A DNA stretch of 64,000 bases from NCBI GenBank assembly GCA_000965745.1, contig CP009479.1:2080001-2144000 (forward strand). The letters are read 5' to 3'. Under the pieces are notes generated by a model. The model was given only the letters and a program-made list of their open reading frames with translations, had not been told where the DNA came from and did no database searches. Positions 49,149 through 59,296 of the stretch are shown here, piece after piece (the stretch's first letter is position 1; every line of letters starts with the position of its first letter). Source of the stretch: an uncultured archaeon. GTDB taxonomy: Archaea > Thermoplasmatota > Thermoplasmata > Thermoplasmatales > Thermoplasmataceae. The translations under genes and the position numbers were made by a program.

Positions 49149-50476
49149 GCGGGACCACCATTCCTTCCTGACATCTCTGCCAGTGCGAAGTGTTCTTCCA
49201 GCTTCAGCGGCATGGAGAGATGCCTCCTCGCGGAAACAGGAACCTCATACTTTCCTGGCAGGAGGCTCCGGGCTTCCTCTGCGTATTCCGGGGTGATCTT
49301 CTTCCCACCGCATGATTTGCACCTGAAATCATTCCTGCCGTGGGTCTTCATCCTTCTGGCACAGTTCTGGCACATGGGTGGCACCCTTTTGAAGTACCTT
49401 GATACAGAAATGACATGCATCTTCTCGACTTTCAGCGTCCCTTCTGATAGAGAGCCAGTAGCCTCAACTATGTCACCTGGCCTTAATTCCCTGAAAACGC
49501 TCCTGAATTCCTTTGTGGGTTCGAATGCAGCGAGGCCTATCCTGGATTTTTTCCATTTCATTTGCGCGAAATAATGGCCCCCCTGGATCGGCACCGGGGT
49601 ATCCACCACCTCGCCAGTGATTGAGAAGGAGCCTTTCTCCCAGATTATGTCTGGAGAGTGGATGATGTGATCGTCTGTTCCCTGGTTTGTTTCATAAATG
49701 AGGTAACTGGTTCCCCCGATCCCGTAACGGGTCCTCAATTCCTGCTCAATCTGCGGAAGGATTACGGGGTTTACAGACCTTACGCCATAGACAACCGGTG
49801 TCCTGTTTGACGGGAAGATTGCAGCGTGCCTGTTTTTCACGTCAATGTTATTGAAAGTTTCCTGATAGTGCTCCTCGATAAACGCGGCTGCTTCAAGCTG
49901 CAAATCCCTGTCGACGCTTCCCGGCCTCGGGTACTGGTAGACAAGAAGCTCATAGGTTCTTCTGCCCGGGCTCCAGCTCATTGCAGAGGATGCCCCGATT
50001 ACTCCCCGTCCATTCTTGAACTTCCTGTAATTCGCGCCCGCCTCCATCAGAATATCCTCGACATATTGAGCAGAAATTTCTTTACTTACGGCTTCACGGT
50101 AAAGACTCTCCGGCGGCCTTGAGCCGGAAACTACCAGGCCAGGGTTAGTGCTTTCCTGCTCCATTACGGCAAACTCGCCTATAATTTCAGAGGAAATGTC
50201 AAGGAGTTCCTGCCTGGAAGCTTCGCCCTTCAGGCTTTCATAACCGAAAACCTGCTTTCCGCTGATTCTGCCAACCGGAAACTTCCTTCCTTTCCCCATC
50301 CCCAGCCTGAGAACAACTGCACCATTTCCCCTCGTCTTGTAACTGATGTTGGGGTTGAGCCTCACGAGCCTTGGGTACCCGATAACGTCAAGGCCCGTTC
50401 GCCTGATCAGCTCAGTGGGCAGGTACGTGGTGCACATCCCGTCCACGGAATCTGTATCGTCTAGTGCGACCAGCAA
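49145..50476 (-). CDS. tiaS: tRNA(Ile2) agmatidine synthetase
   Basis: LDDTDS..GMCTTY, PRLVRLNPNI..KTRGNG, TNQGTDDH, C-terminal Zn ribbon, RRHLSMP. Confidence 0.96.
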   Translation of the reverse strand: MLVALDDTDSVDGMCTTYLPTELIRRTGLDVIGYPRLVRLNPNISYKTRGNGAVVLRLGMGKGRKFPVGRISGKQVFGYESLKGEASRQELLDISSEIIGEFAVMEQESTNPGLVVSGSRPPESLYREAVSKEISAQYVEDILMEAGANYRKFKNGRGVIGASSAMSWSPGRRTYELLVYQYPRPGSVDRDLQLEAAAFIEEHYQETFNNIDVKNRHAAIFPSNRTPVVYGVRSVNPVILPQIEQELRTRYGIGGTSYLIYETNQGTDDHIIHSPDIIWEKGSFSITGEVVDTPVPIQGGHYFAQMKWKKSRIGLAAFEPTKEFRSVFRELRPGDIVEATGSLSEGTLKVEKMHVISVSRYFKRVPPMCQNCARRMKTHGRNDFRCKSCGGKKITPEYAEEARSLLPGKYEVPVSARRHLSMPLKLEEHFALAEMSGRNGGPA

Positions 50477-50477
50477 A

Positions 50478-51254
50478 TTAGGTCCCGAACCTCCTGCTCC
50501 TGACCTGATAGGCGGATATCGCCCTGAGAAAATCTATTCTTGTCAGGTCCGGCCAGTTAACATCTGAGAAGTAGAGTTCGGAATAGGCTGACTGCCAAAG
50601 CAGAAAATTTGAAATGCGTTCTTCACCACTGGTTCTCAGTATCAGATCCGGGTCGGGCAGTGATCCGTCGTACAGATATTCCCTGAACTTCTCCTCGTCT
50701 ATATCATCGGGCTCAAGCTTTCCTTCCTTTACGAGCCCGGCAATTGCCCTTATAGCGTTTATTATTTCTCCCCTTCCGCTGTATCCGATCGCAAGGTTGA
50801 ACCTGAACTTGTCATGCCTCTTCGTTGTTTCCTCCGTCAGCTTTATTGTTTCCCTGAGGTAATCCGGGAGTTTTGATACATCGCCGATCACCCTGACGTT
50901 GATCCTGTTCCTGAAAATGCGTTCATCGTTGAGAAGGTCAATGAATGCATCGTTTATCATCCTGAAAAGAAAATCCACCTCTCCTGAATCACGGTTGAAG
51001 TTTTCAGTGGAAAATGCGTATACCGTAACTATCCTTATGCCCAGGTCCATGCACCATTGAAGCACTTCCTCCAACTTGTCTTTCCCCCTGACATGGCCTT
51101 CATTCTCCGGTATGCCTGCATGCCTGGCATATCTCCTGTTGCCGTCAGTAATGATTCCAAGGTGTCCTGGAAGCGGGCTTTTCTTTATTTCCTCCATAAG
51201 GACTTTCTCGTAAACTTCAGAAGCCAGTGTTCCGATTCTCTCCGTAATTCCCAT
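50478..51254 (-). CDS. uppS: cis-prenyltransferase (polyprenyl diphosphate synthase)
   Basis: DGNRR, YAFSTENF.R, RTSGEERISNFLLWQ. Confidence 0.96.
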   Translation of the reverse strand: MGITERIGTLASEVYEKVLMEEIKKSPLPGHLGIITDGNRRYARHAGIPENEGHVRGKDKLEEVLQWCMDLGIRIVTVYAFSTENFNRDSGEVDFLFRMINDAFIDLLNDERIFRNRINVRVIGDVSKLPDYLRETIKLTEETTKRHDKFRFNLAIGYSGRGEIINAIRAIAGLVKEGKLEPDDIDEEKFREYLYDGSLPDPDLILRTSGEERISNFLLWQSAYSELYFSDVNWPDLTRIDFLRAISAYQVRSRRFGT

Positions 51255-51347
51255 TTCCTGTTTTCAGAAATGAGAATTCGTATTTATATAAATCTCAAAC
51301 GGTTTGCTCAGCAGAGGATGGTTGATCGAGGAGGCAGGGCCATGCAC

Positions 51348-52301
51348 TCATACCTCCTTGACCAGTTCCAGGGAATACATGTATTCCTCTCTGGAATACC
51401 CGTGGACCTCTCTCTTGGACTTCAGGGTCAGCCCCATATCCCTCAACTCAGACATCCGCCCTGCTATGCCTGCGACCGTATTCACCTCGTAGAAATTTAT
51501 TGTCCCGCCTCGCTTCAGGGACTTCATTGCTTTAGATACAAATGGAAAAGCGCCGTGGGGAAGGTTCATTATGATCCTGTCCACGCCTGTGTACTTTTCA
51601 ACCTCTGCACCCGAATCCCCAAGTACAGGCTCTACAGTCCCCTTGAGCCTGTTGCGCCTGATGTTTTCCTTGAGGAGGCCGATGGCACTCGGGTTGTGGT
51701 CTATTGAAATTATTCTGCATTCGTGGTTTCTTGCTATGAGGACAGAGAATGGGCCGATTCCTGCAAAGAGGTCTATGATTAGCTCCCCATCCTTGACGCT
51801 GTCAGATACACGCATTCTTTCAGTCGCAAGCCTCGGCGAGAAGTATGCCTTCTCCACGTCAACAAGCAGTTCAATCCCGTTTTCCCTGTAAAGCGTTGTT
51901 CTGGATTCCTCGCCAGCAAGAAGAGTAAGTTTCCTTGTCCTGAATGGCCCCTGCACCCCATGGTCCAGGTACACGCTTCTTATACCGGGCCTCATGAGCA
52001 AATTTTCAGACAGGCTTACAGGGTCCCTGACATTGGATTTCTTCATCACAACAATGCTTCCTATGACGTCATAGCTGCCCTTAATACCTTCCGGCCGTGG
52101 CTTTCTGCTACTTGGCTTCCCATTGAGGAGGATAAGCTCCCCGTATTCGCTGGCCGAGGATTCTTTTCCCTCAGCTACAGGTATAAGCAAATGTTCCCCG
52201 GTGCGCATTATATCATAGTTGTCATCCATGGCTGAGAGTCTCCTCAGCATTCCTATGACTTCCTTGCCCTGAGATTTGTCAATCCGTAAATGATAATTCA
52301 T
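51348..52301 (-). CDS. trm5: Trm5/Met-10 family tRNA methyltransferase
   Basis: YFSPRL..ER, DLFAGIGPF, IIMNLP. Confidence 0.88.
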   Translation of the reverse strand: MNYHLRIDKSQGKEVIGMLRRLSAMDDNYDIMRTGEHLLIPVAEGKESSASEYGELILLNGKPSSRKPRPEGIKGSYDVIGSIVVMKKSNVRDPVSLSENLLMRPGIRSVYLDHGVQGPFRTRKLTLLAGEESRTTLYRENGIELLVDVEKAYFSPRLATERMRVSDSVKDGELIIDLFAGIGPFSVLIARNHECRIISIDHNPSAIGLLKENIRRNRLKGTVEPVLGDSGAEVEKYTGVDRIIMNLPHGAFPFVSKAMKSLKRGGTINFYEVNTVAGIAGRMSELRDMGLTLKSKREVHGYSREEYMYSLELVKEV

Positions 52302-54364
52302 CTGTTTGCCCTTTCAATCACGCTTTTTGCATACCTTATAGTGTCCCTGGAGAGCCGGTCTGAGAATCCGAAGATCTTTGAGATTTGCTCGACCCTGGCG
52401 GTAGAAACTGAATATATGGAGTTGAAACCGCTCTGATACAGCCTTCTCCCCCTTACCCTCCCTATCCCGGGAATGGTGGTGAGTTCTATGACATCCTCCC
52501 TTACGCCTTCCTTTATCCTCAGGTTCAGCCTCTCGAGGGATGTCCTGATCTCAGCCTTATAGAGGGATGACAGCCTTGAGAGGGAATATGATATCCACTC
52601 CGCGGAACTGACCCTCATCTGGAGGTCCCCGGGCCCAATATCGTAAGTCTCAGTGATGTCATTCATGCTTCGTTCATCAATCCAGTCCTTCAGAACCATT
52701 GCTGTGAGGGCGGCGGAAAGAGACTCCTCCTCGTATTCTTCTATCCCCGCCTGGTCCATGAAGTGCTCGATCAGCGGAAGGTTTCCGTTCCTGTATCTCA
52801 TCGGGATCATGTCAGGAGTCCTGCAGATATAGTAAAGTGCAAGCTCCTCGCTGTGGGGTTTCTCGAAATATTTTTTCAGTACTATTGCAGACCTCGGATC
52901 TATGTACAGGTCGCTGACCATTTTCCCGAAAGTGGATACCTGCCATAAACCCAGTTTTTTCCTGATGAATTCGTTTTCCTCGAGAAAAGTCATGGTTTCT
53001 GACACCGGAAGCCTGAGGCTCTCCACGTCGTTCTGCACCCCGAACAGGGTGTTATGAAAGAAGTTCAATATGGAATCCTCATTTGTCGCTATGCCCGTAG
53101 CCATCAGTGCAAGTACGTTGAAAGGAAGGTACTTGAACTCTCCAAGTGCTGAGTTTACGGGTTCAACTTCACCGTCCATGTACTCATTTGCCTTTTCCAG
53201 GGCACGTTCCGTTCCTGCATAAACGAGTGCTTCACCCTCCTTGTCGTATTTTGGCCGGCCTGCCCTTCCCAGCATCTGCTGGATTTCCATATTGGGAAGA
53301 TATGTGCTGTATCCGTCGCTGAATCTGCTTATGTCCCTTACTATTACGGTCCTTGCAGGAAGGTTTATTCCAGCGGCCAGGGTAGGAGTCGCGACTATAA
53401 CCTTCAGCTTCTTTGAGATGAATCCTTTTTCCACCTTGCCCCTCTGCTCAGTTGACAGCCCCGCGTGATGGAAGCAGACTCCTTTGCCGATGAGCTCGTT
53501 TACAACATCAGAATACCTGTCGCTCTCTGCGAATGGATCCCTCTCGTTTACTGCGGGGTCCGGGCTTATCTCAAGAAATGTGGAAAGCGCCCTCGCTAGT
53601 TGCTCCGCCTTCTTCCTGGAGCTGACAAAAACCAGTGCCTGGCCTCCACCGTCAATGCTGCGCCTTACCGACTCAACCACTTCATTCCCTTTGTGCAGCT
53701 TAACGGTCTCCCCGTCCATGAACTCCAGTGTGCCCTTTGCCAGGATGCCATATTTGAGCGGCACCGGCCTGAAGTCGCTTACAACTTTCTCTGCCTTAAG
53801 CCATTCCGAGACATCCTCATGGTTTGATATCGTGGCAGAAAGGGCCATTATTGACATGTCCGGGTTCAGATGAAGTGCCGAAGACAGAACCATCTCCACC
53901 CTTGACCCCCTGTTTGGGTCTCCTACGAGATGTACCTCATCGGCAACGATCAGGCCAAGATTGTAAAGCATGCTCGGGTCGTGCCTGATCATGGAATCTG
54001 CTTTTTCCGACGTGCAGACCAGAACATCATACCTGTTGAGAATGGACGGCCCACTGTCATAGTCCCCTATGGAGATTCCGACTTTCAACCCAAGGGCTTC
54101 GAGCTTTTTCAGTTCCTGGTACTTTTCAGATGCAAGAGCCCTGAGTGGCACCATGTACATTGACCTCAGACCCTTCCGGAACATTTCATAGATTGCCGCA
54201 TAGGCTATCAGGGTCTTTCCTGACGCGGTTGGGACTGATACGAGCACATTGCTTCCATTCCTGAATTTCAGGATTGCATCCTCCTGGTGCGGGTAGAGTT
54301 CAAAATCGTTCCTGTCAAACAGTTCCATGAAATTTTCCGGGAATCCTAGATCGCTTATTTTCAT
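52298..54364 (-). CDS. hel308: Ski2-like DNA helicase Hel308
   Basis: PTASGKT, DEVH, LSAT, HHAGL, TLAAGINLP, QMLGRAGRP, C-terminal HhH. Confidence 0.95.
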   Translation of the reverse strand: MKISDLGFPENFMELFDRNDFELYPHQEDAILKFRNGSNVLVSVPTASGKTLIAYAAIYEMFRKGLRSMYMVPLRALASEKYQELKKLEALGLKVGISIGDYDSGPSILNRYDVLVCTSEKADSMIRHDPSMLYNLGLIVADEVHLVGDPNRGSRVEMVLSSALHLNPDMSIMALSATISNHEDVSEWLKAEKVVSDFRPVPLKYGILAKGTLEFMDGETVKLHKGNEVVESVRRSIDGGGQALVFVSSRKKAEQLARALSTFLEISPDPAVNERDPFAESDRYSDVVNELIGKGVCFHHAGLSTEQRGKVEKGFISKKLKVIVATPTLAAGINLPARTVIVRDISRFSDGYSTYLPNMEIQQMLGRAGRPKYDKEGEALVYAGTERALEKANEYMDGEVEPVNSALGEFKYLPFNVLALMATGIATNEDSILNFFHNTLFGVQNDVESLRLPVSETMTFLEENEFIRKKLGLWQVSTFGKMVSDLYIDPRSAIVLKKYFEKPHSEELALYYICRTPDMIPMRYRNGNLPLIEHFMDQAGIEEYEEESLSAALTAMVLKDWIDERSMNDITETYDIGPGDLQMRVSSAEWISYSLSRLSSLYKAEIRTSLERLNLRIKEGVREDVIELTTIPGIGRVRGRRLYQSGFNSIYSVSTARVEQISKIFGFSDRLSRDTIRYAKSVIERANR

Positions 54365-54629
54365 TGGGCTGGTTCCTGATTTCTTCACTGAAGATAATAC
54401 TGATCTCCATTGCCAGTCAGCATATTAACCTGAAACCGGGGCATGAGACTGTGACTGCGCTGCTGTCCTGTGCGGCCAACGGTGGGAACCAGCCTGAAAT
54501 CCAAGCCAGTAGAGCATCAAAATGATCCAAAATAATATAGATGATTCTGGAATAGTGGAGTGCATATAACAGCCAGTACAGGGTGTTGTCAGGCAACATT
54601 CTGTAGTGCAACAAAGCAGGTGTATAACT

Positions 54630-55856
54630 ATGAATAAAGGATACTTGAGGCTACAATGGGCAAGAGAGCATATGCCTGTTGTGTCGGAGATAAGGAAAAG
54701 GTTTGTTGATGAGCAGCCCTTCAAGGGAGTGAAGATCGGGATGGCCCTGCACGTTGAGGCGAAGACCGGCATACTGGCACTCCTGCTCAAGGAGGGCGGG
54801 GCAGAAATCAAAATGGCTTCATGCAACCCCCTAAGCACTGACGATTCCGTTGTGGAATCCTTGAGAAACGACTACAAGGTTGATGTCTACGCGAAAAAAG
54901 GTGAGACGGAGGAAGAGTATTATGAATATCTCAACAAGGTGCTCGACCTTGAGCCCAACGTGATAATAGACGATGGCGGGGACCTTACCAAGCTCGTCCT
55001 TCTTGACAGAAAAGACCTCCAGAAGAATGTAATCGGGGGGAACGAGGAAACGACCACCGGAGTCGTGAGGCTTAAGGCCATGGAAAATGATGGCGCCCTC
55101 AAGTTCCCAATGTTTGACATCAATGATGCACAGATGAAGCATTTCTTTGATAACCGCTACGGAACAGGGCAGAGTACCCTTGACGGAATAATGAGTGCCA
55201 CAAACATCCTCATTGCGGGAAAGCATGTTGTTGTTGCAGGCTACGGTTATTGTGGCAGGGGCATAGCAATGAGAATGAAGGGTCTCGGTGCAAGAGTCAC
55301 GGTGACCGAGGTTGACCCGGTGAAGGCAGTTGAAGCGATCATGGACGGATTCAACGTGGAAAAAATGGGTGAAGCCATAAAGACTGCCGACATGGTAGTA
55401 ACTGCAACGGGGATGAAGGGGGTCGTAACCTATGACAACCTGGTAAATGCCAAGTCCGGCCTCATACTTTCAAACGCGGGGCACTTCAACAACGAGCTTC
55501 CCTTTGATGACCTCCAGAAGAGGTCAGCGGAGAAGCTGCAGGTTAGAGACAGCGTCACAAGATACAAGCTTGAGAATGGGAAGCTCATAAATCTCATTGC
55601 AGATGGCAGGCTTGTGAACCTTGCCGCAGGGCAGGGACACCCAGTGGAGATAATGGACATGAGCTTTGCCCTTCAGGCGCTGGTTGCAGAGTATCTCGTG
55701 AAGAACTACAAATCGCTGGACAATAAGGTATATCCTGTTCCTGATGAGATAGACCACGGGGTTGCAGAAATTAAGCTTAAATCACTTGGCCTTAGCATAG
55801 ATGCCCTTTCTGATGAGCAGATCAAGTACCAGTCAAGCTGGGAAGAGGGAACATGA
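54630..55856 (+). CDS. ahcY: Adenosylhomocysteinase
   Basis: SCNPLST, DDGGD, EETTTG, DNRYGTGQS, GRLVNL...GHP. Confidence 0.97.
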   Translation: MNKGYLRLQWAREHMPVVSEIRKRFVDEQPFKGVKIGMALHVEAKTGILALLLKEGGAEIKMASCNPLSTDDSVVESLRNDYKVDVYAKKGETEEEYYEYLNKVLDLEPNVIIDDGGDLTKLVLLDRKDLQKNVIGGNEETTTGVVRLKAMENDGALKFPMFDINDAQMKHFFDNRYGTGQSTLDGIMSATNILIAGKHVVVAGYGYCGRGIAMRMKGLGARVTVTEVDPVKAVEAIMDGFNVEKMGEAIKTADMVVTATGMKGVVTYDNLVNAKSGLILSNAGHFNNELPFDDLQKRSAEKLQVRDSVTRYKLENGKLINLIADGRLVNLAAGQGHPVEIMDMSFALQALVAEYLVKNYKSLDNKVYPVPDEIDHGVAEIKLKSLGLSIDALSDEQIKYQSSWEEGT

Positions 55857-57064
55857 AGAGGATAATGCTCATAGTTCTTGATGGGCTCGGAGACAGGCCA
55901 AACAAGGAGCTTGGCGGGAAAACTGCACTCCAGGCTGCATTCAGGCCGAACCTGAACTTCCTTGCATCCAATGGAACAAATGGCCTGATGTCCCCCGTAA
56001 GCCACGGCCTCAAGGTTGGTTCTGACACATCGCACCTTTCCCTCATAGGGTACGATCCGAGAGAATTCTATAGCGGAAGGGGCCCCTTCGAGGCAATGGG
56101 CCTCGGCATGGATGTAAGGCCCGGCGACGTGGCATTCAGGGCAAATTTTGGCACAAGGGAGAACGGCATTATAACAGACCGGAGGGCCGGAAGAATCCGG
56201 GATGGTAACTCAGAACTTTGCTCCAGCATAAACATGGAAATCGACGGTACCAGGTTCTTCGTAAAAGAAGGAGTTGAACACAGGGCCGCACTGGTCATCA
56301 GGGGATCGGGGCTCTCAGACAAGATCACGGATTCAGATCCTCACATCACCGGGAAGCCCGCGCAGGAAATTATGGCACTTGACAGGAGTGCGGAGCACAC
56401 AGCGCATGTACTGAACCAGTTTCTCGAAAGATCGAGGGAGATTCTTGACAGTTCGGATGTCAACAGGAGAAGGGAAGAGCGCGGCGAGCCCAGAGGAAAC
56501 GAGCTCCTCATAAGAGGTGCCGGAATGGCCCCTGTACTTCCGCCATTCGGCGAAAAGTATGGTATGAAGGGTGCTTGCGTTGTTGGCATACCCATGATCT
56601 CAGGGATATGCCAGCTTGTCGGAATGGATGTGATAAAGCATCCAGGTGCAACCGGCACTGTTGATACTGATTATTCCGGTAAGATCAGGACAGCGGTAAA
56701 AGCCCTAAAGGACCATGACTTTGTCCTTGTGAACATAAAGGCAACAGATATTGCCGGCCACGATGGCGACCCCATACTGAAGAGAGACGTGCTCGAGAAG
56801 ACCGACAGGGCTTTCGGGCCCCTCAGAGACATTCTCGGGGACACGGTCATTGCAATCACTGGAGACCACAGCACTCCCTGCTCCATTAAAGAGCATTCCG
56901 GGGACTCAGTTCCGATCACCTTCGTGACAGACGGCATAAGGAAGGACGGGGTGCGGTTCTACGACGAAATTTCGGCCCTGAAAGGAGAGTTGAGGATAAC
57001 AAGCAATGACACCATGAACTATCTTCTAGGGCTATCCGACAGAGCGGAAAAATATGGTGCCTGA
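55853..57064 (+). CDS. apgM: 2,3-bisphosphoglycerate-independent phosphoglycerate mutase (archaeal)
   Basis: DGLGD, GSDTSH, GRGPFEA, DIAGHD, TGDHSTP. Confidence 0.95.
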   Translation: MKRIMLIVLDGLGDRPNKELGGKTALQAAFRPNLNFLASNGTNGLMSPVSHGLKVGSDTSHLSLIGYDPREFYSGRGPFEAMGLGMDVRPGDVAFRANFGTRENGIITDRRAGRIRDGNSELCSSINMEIDGTRFFVKEGVEHRAALVIRGSGLSDKITDSDPHITGKPAQEIMALDRSAEHTAHVLNQFLERSREILDSSDVNRRREERGEPRGNELLIRGAGMAPVLPPFGEKYGMKGACVVGIPMISGICQLVGMDVIKHPGATGTVDTDYSGKIRTAVKALKDHDFVLVNIKATDIAGHDGDPILKRDVLEKTDRAFGPLRDILGDTVIAITGDHSTPCSIKEHSGDSVPITFVTDGIRKDGVRFYDEISALKGELRITSNDTMNYLLGLSDRAEKYGA

Positions 57065-57174
57065 TCATTCCGGTTTGGCTGGTTTCTGTGTTCTGCAGAA
57101 CCAGTATTTTACTATGTTTTAGATTAATTCAATAAGTTTAAATAATTTGTAGGATTAGTACGTCTGACAAGTGT

Positions 57175-57846
57175 ATGACATCATGGAAGAGATCTAGGTT
57201 TAGCACCGCGAAGGAGAAATTGCGCGACTGGCAGATAGAGAAGGAATTTAAGAAGACGAGAAGAAAGCATCCTTTGATTTATTCGCAGAGAGCTGGAGTA
57301 TTCTATTCACTTGTGTTCGGCCTCCTCCTGTGGTGGATTCCTGTTGCCGGTCCTGCCGTTGCCGGATACCTTTCAGGCAGGAAGGCAGGCAGCGTTGCTA
57401 AAGCGTTGACTGCAAACCTTATCGCCACTGCTGTCATAGTACTGCTTACATTTTCACTTGTCCCGTTTACAGCAGGTCCCCTGGGATTTGCCGGGAACTA
57501 CCTCAGTTCCGGACTGCTTACACTTTCACAGTCTAAACTTGTCGCTGCTTCAAACATTCTGACTGATATGTATACAGGCTATGGAATCATCAGAACCTTT
57601 GCAATCATACTCCCGAGTTCACTAGTCACACTTCTGACTTTCGGTTACGTTGGAGGTTTCCACTCCTCTCTCAAGACCCAGGAAGAGAACTACTCAATGA
57701 GCTACATGGCCAAGAACGTGGATGAAAAGGTAGTTTCAAAGCACAGGAATGCACCCAGTGTCCAGGTAGTTAGAAGCGGAATAAAAGAATACAACTCAGG
57801 TGGAGACGACTCGGAAGACCGTTACAGCGGATGGTCCTACCTTTAA
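57175..57846 (+). CDS. Hypothetical membrane protein with a basic N-terminus
   Basis: TM segments (LLWWIPVAGPAVAGYLSG); TATA TTTAAATA at 57137-57144. Confidence 0.8.
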   Translation: MTSWKRSRFSTAKEKLRDWQIEKEFKKTRRKHPLIYSQRAGVFYSLVFGLLLWWIPVAGPAVAGYLSGRKAGSVAKALTANLIATAVIVLLTFSLVPFTAGPLGFAGNYLSSGLLTLSQSKLVAASNILTDMYTGYGIIRTFAIILPSSLVTLLTFGYVGGFHSSLKTQEENYSMSYMAKNVDEKVVSKHRNAPSVQVVRSGIKEYNSGGDDSEDRYSGWSYL

Positions 57847-57952
57847 TCTTCAGCAGCTTCCGTTTATCCCCTCCATTTTTGTCCTTTCTGACTGACAGCA
57901 CATAGGATACTCTGGTAATTATTCATATATTGAGAGGCATATACCTCTTCAG

Positions 57953-59296
57953 ATGATCGACGTAAAGCTCTTGAGAGAGAAGCCAGACATATTTTACACG
58001 TCATGCAGGAATCGAGGCATTGGCACAGAGATTCTTGACACTTTCTTCATGCTGGATGAAGAATGGAGAGCTAACCAGAAGAAGATTAATGATCTCAGGC
58101 ACAGGCGCAACGAGATCACCCACGAGATATCAAGGCTTGTCAAGGAAGACAAAAATTCAACAGGAATAAGGGGACTGAAGTCTGATGTAAAAGAAGTGAA
58201 CGCAAGAATTGACAGCCTTGAGGAGGACAACAGGAAAATAGTTGACGACAGGGAAAGGGCCATTTGGTCAATTCCCAACGTTCTCGATGAAAATGCCCCC
58301 GTCTGCTTCGGGGATGAGAACAATGTTCCGGTAAGAACATGGGGCAAAGCTTCAGTCTTCGATGATGATCTGGACGATTTCATGAAAGAAAGCAGGAGAG
58401 AGATGGACTATGAAACCCTCAAGGCCAGGCCGGTCAGCCATGTGGACCTCATTGAAGACATGGGGCTTGTCGATCTTGCAAGGGCAGGGAAGATTGCCGG
58501 ATCGCGCTTCTACTTCCTGAAGAACAGGCTGCTGAAGCTCGAGATGGCGCTTATGAATTACACCGTAGATTATCTTTCCGAGCGTGGATTCTCTGTGGTG
58601 GAGCCTCCGTTGATGCTCAACCTGAAATCCATGGAGGGTGCCACTGACCTTGAGACCTTCAGTGAGACACTTTACAAGATCGAAGGTGAAGATCTCTACC
58701 TTATCTCCACGTCCGAACATCCCATAGCATCAATGTTAAGTGGAGAGTTCCTTGATGAATCGGAGCTGCCAATCAGGGTTGCAGGCATGTCTGTATGCTT
58801 CCGTAGAGAGGCAGGTTCACATGGAAAGGATACAAAGGGGATATTCAGGGTCCACCAGTTCAACAAAATTGAACAGTTCGTGTTCTGCAAGCCTGAGGAC
58901 TCGGGCGATTTCCTGAAGGAGATACTGGAGAACGCAGAGCAGATATACAGAAATCTAGGAATACCTTACAGGGTCGTGAACGTCTGTTCCGGAGAGCTTG
59001 GGAGGCTGGCTTCAATCAAGTATGACATTGAGGCATGGTTCCCTTCACAGGGCAAGTTCAGGGAAGTTGTGTCCGCATCCAATGACACTGATTATCAGGC
59101 AAGATCCCTGGCCATAAAGTACAGGGCCAGCGGTGGAAATGAATTTGTCCATACCCTCAACAGCACTGCCATCGCCTCGACCAGGACCCTTGTCGCAATC
59201 ATGGAGAATTTCCAGGAAGACGGCGGAAAGAGGATCAGGGTCCCTGCACCGCTTGTCCCCTATGCAGGATTTGAAACCATAGAAGGGGTGGACTGA
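57953..59296 (+). CDS. serS: Serine--tRNA ligase
   Basis: N-terminal coiled coil, TSE, FRREAG..G.DTKGIFRVHQF.KIEQF, EVVSASN, HTLNSTA. Confidence 0.97.
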   Translation: MIDVKLLREKPDIFYTSCRNRGIGTEILDTFFMLDEEWRANQKKINDLRHRRNEITHEISRLVKEDKNSTGIRGLKSDVKEVNARIDSLEEDNRKIVDDRERAIWSIPNVLDENAPVCFGDENNVPVRTWGKASVFDDDLDDFMKESRREMDYETLKARPVSHVDLIEDMGLVDLARAGKIAGSRFYFLKNRLLKLEMALMNYTVDYLSERGFSVVEPPLMLNLKSMEGATDLETFSETLYKIEGEDLYLISTSEHPIASMLSGEFLDESELPIRVAGMSVCFRREAGSHGKDTKGIFRVHQFNKIEQFVFCKPEDSGDFLKEILENAEQIYRNLGIPYRVVNVCSGELGRLASIKYDIEAWFPSQGKFREVVSASNDTDYQARSLAIKYRASGGNEFVHTLNSTAIASTRTLVAIMENFQEDGGKRIRVPAPLVPYAGFETIEGVD

